A DNA stretch of 33,010 nt from an uncultured Bacilli bacterium (GTDB taxonomy: Bacteria; Bacillota_I; Bacilli_A; RF39; UBA660): contig CAKORH010000001.1 of assembly GCA_934101235.1 (NCBI GenBank), forward strand, positions 1 through 33,010. Direction: 5' to 3'. A program made the position numbers and the translations under genes. Shown in pieces: positions 17,750 to 26,388 of the stretch. Under the pieces are notes generated by a model. It was given only the letters and a program-made list of their open reading frames with translations, did not search any database and was not told the DNA's origin. Within the stretch, counting starts at the first letter, position 1; every line of letters starts with the position of its first letter.

Positions 17750-18230
17750 TCATATAATTCAAATATCTTTCTAACAACTTCAGCTGCAATAAAGTCAATT
17801 ATTAATTTGTGTCCATCTTCTCGTTTGTTTTTAAATGATCTTTTTATATTTACTGATAAATCATCTAAAAACCATTCGTTCATAAAACCATTTATTTGTC
17901 TTGATTTTTTATCAGATTCAATACTTGTATCTGCATTATCAACAATACTTATAAATCTAACTTTCCATTCAATAATTTCCATATTTCTTTAATATCTTGA
18001 TTGACTTTTGCATAAAACTAAATTACTCTATTAAAATCAGGGCAATTAACTTTAGCTTTTGAAAAATCATCAGAGTATATATCTACAAAATTCCAACCAA
18101 ATTGACACGCATATTTTAAACACATACTTCTTTGATTTATTATACTATCACTATTATCATTTTTATTTACCTTATCTCTATCTTCATCAGATAATCTACA
18201 ATATACACCTACCTTTACTATTATAGCCAT
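17731..18230 (-). pseudogene. decayed large serine recombinase (two fragments with internal deletions; C-terminal domains absent)
   Basis: Fragment 1 (18018..18230) reads VGVYCRLSDEDRDK...SDSIINQRSM...GW..VDIYSDD, the resolvase N-terminus with the catalytic Ser context. Fragment 2 (17731..17982) reads VRFISIVDNADT...KKSRQINGFMNEWFLDDLS.NIK...KLIID..AAEVVRKIF. About 35 aa are missing between them, and the recombinase and zinc-ribbon domains are gone. Confidence 0.65.
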
Positions 18231-18678
18231 TCCTCCAATACTACAGAATGACTACAAATACATTTGATAAATACAAGTATATTATATTTCATTTTTAAGA
18301 ATTATTTAACCTTAATTCTTGATTTTCTAGTTCCATAATGATATTAGTTGATTAATTTTGAAAGTGTACAATTGCAGCAAGTTTTGTAATCATTTATAAT
18401 GTTAAAATTTTATTTTATACTTAATTTAGTAGAACATTCATTTATTTGAATACCTACCAGTTCTTGGTAGGACACGTACTCGTGTGCTTTTGTTATGTAA
18501 TTAAATAAAACAATTAACGCATTATGTATTAGTGCCATTTAAATACACTTTTACCCTTAAAAAAGAAGAAGTATTAGTGTACTTAATATGATTAATATTA
18601 ATAATCAAAGGTTTGATTACGCATACTATCACACCCCTTTACTACTTTAAATAGTTTGAGGTAAGCACTAAAAAATGA

Positions 18679-18733
18679 ATGTTTGAGATATTATAATACT
18701 CATATATCTTATTATTACAAGAGTTTCGACAAA
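18679..18733. repeat. 55-nt intergenic element, copy B
   Basis: 48/55 identical to 123..177. The minus strand reads TTGTAA-16 nt-TATTAT. It lies 18 nt 3' of the xseB stop, at the distal edge of the decayed element. Confidence 0.6.
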
Positions 18734-18751
18734 TGTATACAAAAAAAGTGA

Positions 18752-18976
18752 TTACTCACTTTCATTTATTGTAAAATCTTCTAAAGAATCATTTTCTTCT
18801 AATATTTTATTTACACTTTTAGTTGCTTTATTTAATTTATCTGAACACACTTTTATTAGTTTCATTGCTTTACTATATTTTTCAATACTAGTTTCTAAAT
18901 CAGTATTACCACTTTCTAATTCTTTTACAATACTTTCTATTTCTAATAATAATTCGTCAAATTTTTTTTCTTCCAT
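18752..18976 (-). CDS. xseB: exodeoxyribonuclease VII small subunit
   Basis: 74 aa with F...L.ELE.IV..LE.G...LE.S...Y..G..L...C...L pattern. It overlaps the xseA stop. Confidence 0.88.
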   Translation of the reverse strand: MEEKKFDELLLEIESIVKELESGNTDLETSIEKYSKAMKLIKVCSDKLNKATKSVNKILEENDSLEDFTINESE

Positions 18977-20241
18977 TATTTATTAATCCTTTCTACTATT
19001 GCATCTATATTGCCTTTATGTAATTTAATATTTATTTTATCATTTATTTTTATATCTTTAATATTTTTTATCGTTTTATTATCTTTAGTTGTTACACTAT
19101 AACCTTTTTTTAATACATTTAATGGGTTTAATAAGTCTAATTTATTTAGTAATAATTCATATGTATTATTAAATGTATTTATTATTGAATCTGGGTTATT
19201 AAGAGTGTAATTATTTTTTAATATATCTAATTTTTTAGTACTTATATCTAAGTTATGTTTTGTTATATCATTTAGTTTGTTTATTAATGTATCTAATTTT
19301 TGTTCTTTTATTTCAAATGTTGCTAATGGATTTGTTAATACGTATGTTGATTTTAAAGTATTTAATCTTTCTTTTTTTGTATCTAGAATATTACTAATAT
19401 CTTTATTACATCTTATATCTAATTGATTTATAAAATTTCTTACATCAGTTATGTTTGGCACTGCCATTTCTGCTGCTCCTGTCGGAGTTGGTGCTCTTAA
19501 ATCTGCTACAAAATCACTTATTGTAAAGTCTATTTCATGTCCTACGGCAGAAATTATTGGAGTTTTAGCATCATATATTGCACGTGCTACTATTTCTTCA
19601 TTAAAACTCCATAAGTCTTCAATGGAACCTCCACCACGACCAACAATTAAAACATCTAAGTTGAATTCATCAGCTTTTTTTATTTGTCTTACTATGTCGT
19701 TAGCAGCTAATTCACCTTGTACTAATGCTGGAAACAATATAGTATTTGTAGATGGGAATCTTCTTTTTATCGTACTTAATATATCTCTTATTGCAGCTCC
19801 TGTTGGAGCAGTTACTATTCCTATCTTAGTTGGGAATTTTGGAATCTTCTTTTTATGATCTTGATTGAATAATCCTTCTTTTGCTAATTGTTTTTTTAGT
19901 TCTTCAAATTTTAAATAAAGATTACCTACACCATCATTTATCATTTCTTCTATATAAATTTGATAACCACCTGTAGGTTCATAAATACTAACTCTTCCTA
20001 CAACTAATACTTTCATACCATCTACTGGCATAAAATTAAGTTTACTAGCAGCACTAGAAAACATTACTGCATTAATTCTACTTGTTTCATCTTTTAAAGT
20101 AAAATATAAATGACCTCTTGTATGTCCTTTAAAATTAGATATTTCTCCTTTTAAACATAATTTTTGTATATGTGGATCAGTATCAAATTTATTTTTTAAA
20201 TATTTATTTAATGTAGTTACTGTTATATATCTTCTTTCCAT
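18976..20241 (-). CDS. xseA: exodeoxyribonuclease VII large subunit
   Basis: 421 aa. Has an OB-fold N-terminus (GEISNFK.H.RGH.YF.LKD) and the catalytic core GIVT...GAA..D......RR.P......P..VQG ... RGGGS.EDLW.FN.E. Confidence 0.93.
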   Translation of the reverse strand: MERRYITVTTLNKYLKNKFDTDPHIQKLCLKGEISNFKGHTRGHLYFTLKDETSRINAVMFSSAASKLNFMPVDGMKVLVVGRVSIYEPTGGYQIYIEEMINDGVGNLYLKFEELKKQLAKEGLFNQDHKKKIPKFPTKIGIVTAPTGAAIRDILSTIKRRFPSTNTILFPALVQGELAANDIVRQIKKADEFNLDVLIVGRGGGSIEDLWSFNEEIVARAIYDAKTPIISAVGHEIDFTISDFVADLRAPTPTGAAEMAVPNITDVRNFINQLDIRCNKDISNILDTKKERLNTLKSTYVLTNPLATFEIKEQKLDTLINKLNDITKHNLDISTKKLDILKNNYTLNNPDSIINTFNNTYELLLNKLDLLNPLNVLKKGYSVTTKDNKTIKNIKDIKINDKINIKLHKGNIDAIVERINK

Positions 20242-20282
20242 ATTTCACCTATTATATTAAAAATAATATAGAAACTACTATA

Positions 20283-20678
20283 TTATTCATTAACTATTTT
20301 ATCTAAAACAGCATTAATCATCTTTCTAACGTTTTCATCACTATATTTTTTTGCTAATTCAATTGCTTCATTAATTACAACAATATTTGGAGTATCAGTA
20401 TATTTTATTTCATATAAACTCATTCTTAATATAGTTGCACCTAAATTATCTAATCTATCTATTGTCCAATCAGTTAAATATTCATTTGCAATTTTATTTA
20501 ACTCATCATAATTATCTAACACACCATTTACAATAGTATTAACAAATTCATTAGATATTTCTATATTTTCTTTTATTACTTTATCTAAATCATAATTATA
20601 ATTGCTTTTTTTATACATATCAATTTGATATAAAATAGTCATTATTTTTTCTCTTAATTCACTTCTACTTACAGTCAT
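20283..20678 (-). CDS. nusB: transcription antitermination factor NusB
   Basis: 131 aa with R...RE...LYQ.D... and W...RL....ILR...YE...T....VINEA.ELAK. Confidence 0.9.
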   Translation of the reverse strand: MTVSRSELREKIMTILYQIDMYKKSNYNYDLDKVIKENIEISNEFVNTIVNGVLDNYDELNKIANEYLTDWTIDRLDNLGATILRMSLYEIKYTDTPNIVVINEAIELAKKYSDENVRKMINAVLDKIVNE

Positions 20679-20708
20679 TCAAATCACCTTTCGTTATTAT
20701 ATCACATA

Positions 20709-21329
20709 TTATCTTTTTTTAATATATTTACAATATTCTTTTAGTTTACATTCATTGCAGTTAGGATTTTGACTTTTACATATATACCTTCCAAATAATA
20801 CTAATTGATGATGTGTTCTACTCCATTTATCTTTTGGAAGTTTTTTCATTAATTTTTTTTCTACAGTATAAACACTATCATCTTTCTTTGCTAATCCTAA
20901 TCTTTTTGATATTCTATCTACATGAGTATCTACTGCAATAGCTGGAATATTAAAAAGATTTGATAATACTACGTTAGTAGTTTTTCTTCCCACTCCAGGA
21001 AGACTTTCTAAATATTCTCTATCATTTGGAACAATACCATTAAAATCATTTACTAAACTTTTTGCAATATTAATTATATATACACTTTTCTTTTTATAAT
21101 TTCCACAACTATAAATGATACTTTCTATATCTTTTTCTGCTGCATTACTTAAACTAAAAATATCGTATTTTTTAAATATTTCTTTAGTTACTTTATTTAC
21201 TCTAGCATCAGTACATTGTGCAGATAAAACAGTTGCGATTAATAGTTCATAATCTTTATTATAATCTAATTCACATCTAGGATTAGGTATCATTTCATCT
21301 AAATGTTTAAGTAATATTTCAGTTTTCAT
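20709..21329 (-). CDS. nth: endonuclease III
   Basis: HhH-GPD motif LPGVGRKTANVVL.., catalytic K/D context (VDTHV.R...RLG) and C-terminal Cx6CxxCx5C cluster (CKSQNPNCNECKLKEYC). Confidence 0.93.
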   Translation of the reverse strand: MKTEILLKHLDEMIPNPRCELDYNKDYELLIATVLSAQCTDARVNKVTKEIFKKYDIFSLSNAAEKDIESIIYSCGNYKKKSVYIINIAKSLVNDFNGIVPNDREYLESLPGVGRKTTNVVLSNLFNIPAIAVDTHVDRISKRLGLAKKDDSVYTVEKKLMKKLPKDKWSRTHHQLVLFGRYICKSQNPNCNECKLKEYCKYIKKR

Positions 21330-21957
21330 CTAACCAATTATATTCAAAGAAGTAATTGTTTTTTTCTTCTTTATCTTTTTTCATTCTATTATTTTCTACA
21401 TCACTAACTGTTTTATAACCTTTTTTTGTCCATTCATATATTATTTTATCTATATATCTTAAATTACTTACTCCATTTAATGTTGCTTCTTTTAATGCTT
21501 CTTTTATTAATTCTTCGCTCATTCCACTTTCTATCCAAGCATTAATAAATTCATATTCCATAGGTGACAAGGGTCTTGCAAATTCTTTTTCAAATGTTTC
21601 AAATATATTTTTACTACTTTTTTTAGCTACTTTTTTATTTATATCACATGCTGCTAATTTATATATACTATCTAGTGATATTTCTTCATTAACCCTATCT
21701 CCATCTTTAGTTATATTTGTACTTATTAAATTTTTACTAGTTAGTGAACTGAATGATTCTAATATTTCAGTGTTAGTTAATGAAGTTATGTTATTTATTA
21801 GATTTAAATCTAATACTGGATGTTCTTGATTAGTTAGATATATTAATAATAATGTTTCATTTATAGTTAAGTTATTTTCTTTTCTAATTTTAAATAGAAA
21901 TGGTCTAATTATGTAATCTTTGTTTTTGATAATACTATAAATTACTTCATTACTCAT
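21319..21957 (-). CDS. dnaD: DnaD-domain replication initiation/membrane attachment protein
   Basis: C-terminal DnaD/DnaB_2 repeat F..EF.RPLSP.E.E.I..W........ELI.EALKEA......N..YI..I...W. It has the dnaD-nth adjacency seen in B. subtilis. Confidence 0.8.
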   Translation of the reverse strand: MSNEVIYSIIKNKDYIIRPFLFKIRKENNLTINETLLLIYLTNQEHPVLDLNLINNITSLTNTEILESFSSLTSKNLISTNITKDGDRVNEEISLDSIYKLAACDINKKVAKKSSKNIFETFEKEFARPLSPMEYEFINAWIESGMSEELIKEALKEATLNGVSNLRYIDKIIYEWTKKGYKTVSDVENNRMKKDKEEKNNYFFEYNWLDEN

Positions 21958-21959
21958 AA

Positions 21960-23036
21960 TTATACCTTCTTTCTAATAAATTTAACTATTTCTCTATTAT
22001 TGTTTTTTATTATTCCATTAATTATATTATATTCTAATAAGGAATAAATTTCGTTAATATTATTATAACAATTATTATTTAATTTAACTAGAGTTTTAAT
22101 ATTAATTTTTATATCTTTTTTTGATTTTATTGGTAATTTATTAAACATCTTATTTATATCTTTAGTATTTATGCCTAATATTTCACCTGCTATTGTACAT
22201 ATATATAATCCGTATTTATATAAAATATTATTATCTATTTTATTTTGTTTTATTATTTCTTGTATCTTTATAATAGTATCTTTTTCTAATTTAGTAAATG
22301 GTAAATTTAAATTATTAAGTTGTGCATATATCCCCATTATATCCTTTGTATATTTTATGTTTTTAGTATTTAGATTTAAAATATCACTTATATTAAGTTC
22401 ATCTAATATTTTTATTGCTTCTAATTTATTTTGATTAGAAAACATTTTATCTAATTCTTCTTTTATTTTATTATTTGATATATTTAATAATATTTTAGAA
22501 TTATATTTGATAAAATCTTTTAGTTCATCATCAATTTCGAAATCGTATTTTGCTTTTAAACGTACAGCTCTTAATATTCTTAATGGATCTTCAGTTATTT
22601 TTTTATTTATATCTCCTATGCATCTTATTTTTTTGTCTTTTAAATCTTTTAATCCATTAAAATAATCTATTACATTACCATCTTTGTCCATTAAAAGAGC
22701 ATTAATTGTAAAGTCTCTTCTAGATAAATCACTTTTTATATCATTAACAAATATAATACTCATTGGTTTACCTTTAGAATAATTAGATTCTTTTCTAAAA
22801 GTAGTAATATCTATATTATATTTTTTTGTTTTTACATTAACACATCCATAATTATCTTTTGTATCACTTACTAGTTTAAGTATTGATATAACGTCTTTTG
22901 GTAATGCATTTGTACATATATCAATATCATTTGTATCAATCCCTAACAAATAATCTCTTACATAGCCACCTACAATATAAGCATTATATCCATTATTTTC
23001 TAATTTTTTTATTATATTTGTAATTATTTTATCCAT
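21960..23036 (-). CDS. cca: CCA-adding tRNA nucleotidyltransferase
   Basis: A.IVGG.VRD.LLG....DIDI.T N-terminal Pol-beta nucleotidyltransferase motif, plus RRDFT.NA and P.R.LRA.R. Confidence 0.88.
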   Translation of the reverse strand: MDKIITNIIKKLENNGYNAYIVGGYVRDYLLGIDTNDIDICTNALPKDVISILKLVSDTKDNYGCVNVKTKKYNIDITTFRKESNYSKGKPMSIIFVNDIKSDLSRRDFTINALLMDKDGNVIDYFNGLKDLKDKKIRCIGDINKKITEDPLRILRAVRLKAKYDFEIDDELKDFIKYNSKILLNISNNKIKEELDKMFSNQNKLEAIKILDELNISDILNLNTKNIKYTKDIMGIYAQLNNLNLPFTKLEKDTIIKIQEIIKQNKIDNNILYKYGLYICTIAGEILGINTKDINKMFNKLPIKSKKDIKINIKTLVKLNNNCYNNINEIYSLLEYNIINGIIKNNNREIVKFIRKKV

Positions 23037-23110
23037 ATTACTCCTTATAATTTATCTATTTAAATTATATCATGTATATTAGTTTTAATTAAAAAAATAC
23101 TTAGTCATTT

Positions 23111-23142
23111 ACATAAAAAAGAAAAGAGATTTACTATCTCTT
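23111..23142 (-). terminator. rho-independent terminator of the bacteriocin operon
   Basis: 7-bp stem AAGAGAT/ATCTCTT (23124..23130 and 23136..23142) with a 5-nt loop. TTTCTTTTTTAT follows on the minus strand. The stem overlaps the TAA of peptide B. Confidence 0.65.
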
Positions 23143-23290
23143 AACAACTTCTTCCATTAATAAAGTAATTTAATGCACTACCTATATTTCTACCAATATT
23201 TAGTACTACATTAAATAGTCTTGCAACTGAATTTATTAATGATGCATTTATTCCACCACCATAAATTTTCATCAATTCATTATTACTCAT
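23141..23290 (-). CDS. double-glycine-leader bacteriocin precursor, peptide B (49 aa; not in the ORF track)
   Basis: My translation: MSNNELMKIYGG|GINASLINSVARLFNVVLNIGRNIGSALNYFINGRSC*. The leader has L at -7, I at -4 and GG at -2/-1. The mature part is cationic with a GRNIG (GxxxG) motif. Its ATG overlaps the TGA of peptide A (ATGA). Confidence 0.75.
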   Translation of the reverse strand: MSNNELMKIYGGGINASLINSVARLFNVVLNIGRNIGSALNYFINGRSC

Positions 23291-23433
23291 GCATTACACG
23301 TAAGAGGTCTTAAATAGCCATCTATAATTCCTACAAATAGAGTTCCTAATGCACTTAATATTATACCAAGTCCCCATTTTTTAAAAGAGGCTCCTCCCTT
23401 TATATTAATTAGTGTTTCTTTATTTAGTACCAT
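23287..23433 (-). CDS. double-glycine-leader bacteriocin precursor, peptide A (48 aa; not in the ORF track)
   Basis: My translation: MVLNKETLINIKGG|ASFKKWGLGIILSALGTLFVGIIDGYLRPLTCNA*. The leader has L at -12, L at -7, I at -4 and GG. The mature part is hydrophobic and cationic with GIIDG (GxxxG). AAAGGAG lies 5 nt upstream, within the last codons of the ABC gene. Confidence 0.75.
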   Translation of the reverse strand: MVLNKETLINIKGGASFKKWGLGIILSALGTLFVGIIDGYLRPLTCNA

Positions 23434-23435
23434 CT

Positions 23436-25415
23436 TTACTCCTTTCTTAAAGTTAATTGTTTAGGAAAAATACAACTTAAATCTTTATGACTAATATAAA
23501 TAATAGTTTTATTTTTATAATATTTTAAAATACTTTTGACAATATCAATTTCCAAATTATAATCTACTTCTTTTAATACTTCATCAAGTATAACAATATT
23601 TTTTGAATGTATTAAACTTCTTGCAAGAATTATTCTATTAATTTCACCACCACTTAAACTATAATTATTAATTATATATGAATTAAGTCCAAAATTTCTA
23701 TTATTTAATATTTCATTTATATGACATATAGATAATACTTTGTTTAGATATTTATCGTCTATATTTTTATCTAAGACAATATTATTAAGTATTGTATCAT
23801 CAAATAACATTTCATTTTGAGATACATAACTAATAAGGTTATCGTTATTTTTATTTTTTAAATTTATATTATCTTTTAGTATTAATCCTTTATAATTATT
23901 AATTTCAGAATAGATTATTTTCATTAAAGTACTTTTTCCACTTCCTGAAGGGCCATTAATATATATTTTATCTTTATTTAATATAGTATAGTTTATATTA
24001 TTTAATACTTTATTATCGTTTATTTTATAATTGATATTATTTATATTTATAATATTAAATTTTTTATTAACTATTGGAAGTTTATCTTTTTTATATGATA
24101 AAAAGTCATTATTTTTAATAATCATTGTTTTATATAATATAAGTGTTGGATATAAATTAATTATTTCACTTATTAAATTAATTAAGTAATTATATATTAT
24201 AAATATGGTTATGCTATTTGTAATACTATAATCATTTAATTTAATAAGTATTAATATAATTACTAGGAACAAATTTTTTAATATCTCATTGAATAATATA
24301 ATCTTTGATATATTTGTATTTAAATCTAAATTAATATTATTTTTATTGTTAATACTTTCTTTTATTTTTAAATAAATATAATTATAGCATTTTAAATGTT
24401 TTATAGTTTCTATATTTTTTATATAATTTATTATTTCATTATTATAATTTTCACTAATATTAATTTGATATCGTATTTTATAAATTATTTTTTTATAAGT
24501 TTTTATATTAATGAATGTATAAATTATTATAAAAATTATTAAGTAAGGGGTTATATTTTTATAGAGTAACGAAATTAAAAATATTATTATAATTTGAATT
24601 ATATTAAAAAATATTGTTACTATGTAGTTTAAAATATTATTACTTATTTCATTAAGTTCATTAAATCTTGTAGTTATTTCTCCTAAACTTTTTAACTTTA
24701 TATAATTTGAAGGAAGTTTAAAAATATGATTTATAAATTTTAATATTATATTTTTATTAAATGAATTAGATATTTTTAATATTATTATATTTTTTATAAT
24801 TGTGAATATAAAATTAATTAGTATTAATAAAATAATTATTATTGCATAATTTACATTATAATCTATTATTTTATATTCTAAATTGTTTATTATTGAACAG
24901 ATTAAACAAATAAAATTTAATATTAAAATTAAAATATATTTTTTATAATTAATTTTAATATTTTCTATAATAGAATTCCAAAAAAATTTATTTTTCTTAT
25001 ATTTAGGAATTACATTTATAGGTTCAAAATATAATACAATACCTGTAAATAATTCATAGAATAAATCAAGTGTCATTTTTTTCTTGCCTATACTTGGATC
25101 CATTAAGTAAATATATTTGTCATTTATTTTATAGGCAACTGTAAAGTGATATAGATTATTTTTTTGTTTTAAATGAACAATAATTGGTTTATTGATTTCA
25201 TTTATATATGATACTTTTTTTCCATATGAATTAAAACCGTATTTTTTTGCACAATTGATAAGTTCGTATGCATTTGTTCCATTAATACTTGTATTAGTAT
25301 TTATTCTTAGATTTTCAAGAGGAACAAAGCCATTATAATACTTAATAATACATTCTAATGAACAAATTCCACAGTCACTTACTTCTTCTTGCAATACTTC
25401 ATAAATCTTATTCAT
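23436..25415 (-). CDS. bacteriocin-processing ABC exporter with N-terminal C39 cysteine peptidase domain
   Basis: C39 motifs QEEVSDCGICSL (Q and catalytic C) and HFTVAY...IYLMDP (H/D). Multi-TM core. Walker A GPSGSGKST, signature LSGGEINR, Walker B IVILDE, H-loop ISHK. Start set at the ATG at 25415 after GAAGGGAG; the track start is 25478. Confidence 0.88.
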   Translation of the reverse strand: MNKIYEVLQEEVSDCGICSLECIIKYYNGFVPLENLRINTNTSINGTNAYELINCAKKYGFNSYGKKVSYINEINKPIIVHLKQKNNLYHFTVAYKINDKYIYLMDPSIGKKKMTLDLFYELFTGIVLYFEPINVIPKYKKNKFFWNSIIENIKINYKKYILILILNFICLICSIINNLEYKIIDYNVNYAIIIILLILINFIFTIIKNIIILKISNSFNKNIILKFINHIFKLPSNYIKLKSLGEITTRFNELNEISNNILNYIVTIFFNIIQIIIIFLISLLYKNITPYLIIFIIIYTFINIKTYKKIIYKIRYQINISENYNNEIINYIKNIETIKHLKCYNYIYLKIKESINNKNNINLDLNTNISKIILFNEILKNLFLVIILILIKLNDYSITNSITIFIIYNYLINLISEIINLYPTLILYKTMIIKNNDFLSYKKDKLPIVNKKFNIININNINYKINDNKVLNNINYTILNKDKIYINGPSGSGKSTLMKIIYSEINNYKGLILKDNINLKNKNNDNLISYVSQNEMLFDDTILNNIVLDKNIDDKYLNKVLSICHINEILNNRNFGLNSYIINNYSLSGGEINRIILARSLIHSKNIVILDEVLKEVDYNLEIDIVKSILKYYKNKTIIYISHKDLSCIFPKQLTLRKE

Positions 25416-25503
25416 AATTTTACTCCCTTCACTATAAATTATTATCATTTTTTTTGCATTTCCTTTTTTTTCTTGCAATTTTTTTAAAAAAAGTTAAAAA
25501 AAA

Positions 25504-26376
25504 TTAGAACTTTATGATTTCTTGTTCTAATTCTAACTTAATATTATAATTTTTTTCTACTTTATCTTGTATAAGATTTATTAAATCTACTATATCTTTT
25601 TTTGTTGCATTATTTTTATTTATTATGAAATTAGCATGTTTGTCTGATATAAAGGCTCCTCCAATATTAAAACCTTTTAGGCCTACACCCTCTATTAATC
25701 TTCCTGCATAATCATTTTCAGGATTTTTAAATACACTACCTGCATTTGGATATTCAAGTGGTTGTGAGTTTTTTCTTTTTATTAATTTTTCTTTTATTAT
25801 ACTAATTAATTCTTCTTTGTTTCCATTATTTAGTTTAAATTTTGCACTAATTACTATTTTGTTTTTATCGCCTTTAAATATGCTATTTCTATATTTAAAA
25901 TCACAATTTTCTTTTGAGATTTCTTTTAATTCATTATTTTCTAAATAAGTAACAGATATTAGATTATCACTAATGGTGGAACCATTACAGCCTGCATTTC
26001 CAATTATTGCTCCACCTAACGTTCCTGGAATACCATATAAATTTTCAAGTCCACATAAATTATTATTTATAGTATCTGTAATCAATTTATTAAGTGTTAC
26101 ACCTGCGTATGAAGTTACAATATTATTTTCTATTTCAATATTATTTATTTTATCTAGTAAAATAATTACTCCATTATAATCTTCATCAGGTAAAATTATA
26201 TTACTTCCTTTACCTAATATAATATATTTAATGTTATTTTCTTTTAAATACTTTAATAATTTTTTTAAATTACTTACATCATAAGGTTTAATAACGTATT
26301 TACTATATCCACCTATTTTATAAGTATTATATTTTTTTAAACTTTCATTTTTTAATAATTCTCCATATTCATTCAT
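25504..26376 (-). CDS. murB: UDP-N-acetylenolpyruvoylglucosamine reductase
   Basis: 290 aa with YNT.KIGG, ILGKGSN.I., GIPG..GGA...NAG, AGS.FKNP and SDKHANFI.N motifs. Confidence 0.93.
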   Translation of the reverse strand: MNEYGELLKNESLKKYNTYKIGGYSKYVIKPYDVSNLKKLLKYLKENNIKYIILGKGSNIILPDEDYNGVIILLDKINNIEIENNIVTSYAGVTLNKLITDTINNNLCGLENLYGIPGTLGGAIIGNAGCNGSTISDNLISVTYLENNELKEISKENCDFKYRNSIFKGDKNKIVISAKFKLNNGNKEELISIIKEKLIKRKNSQPLEYPNAGSVFKNPENDYAGRLIEGVGLKGFNIGGAFISDKHANFIINKNNATKKDIVDLINLIQDKVEKNYNIKLELEQEIIKF

Positions 26377-26388
26377 AAATCCCCCTAT

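Noticed and set aside
17807-17992. 61-aa plus-strand ORF
   Set aside because: It is antisense to the serine-recombinase remnant, and it has no RBS and no recognisable motif.
18440-18500. Adjacent stem-loops (CCTACCAgttcTTGGTAGG and CACGtactCGTG) as a possible small RNA or riboswitch
   Set aside because: They fall inside a 42-codon residual ORF of the decayed element, and I recognised no conserved ncRNA motif (tmRNA, SRP, RNase P, T-box, 6S). They are more likely relics of coding sequence.
19451-19858. 135-aa plus-strand ORF
   Set aside because: It is antisense to the conserved core of xseA. Its length is explained by the relatively GC-richer codons of the real gene avoiding stops on the opposite strand.
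22171-22434. 87-aa plus-strand ORF
   Set aside because: It is antisense to cca and encodes a low-complexity hydrophobic sequence.
25416-25478. N-terminal extensions proposed by the ORF track for the C39 exporter (this span), and likewise at 3104..3148, 8381..8389, 10423..10461 and 31673..31687
   Set aside because: In each case an internal ATG has a much better Shine-Dalgarno sequence. The extension would also run through a terminator hairpin, a -10 box or the RBS itself.
25973-26179. 68-aa plus-strand ORF
   Set aside because: It is antisense to murB.
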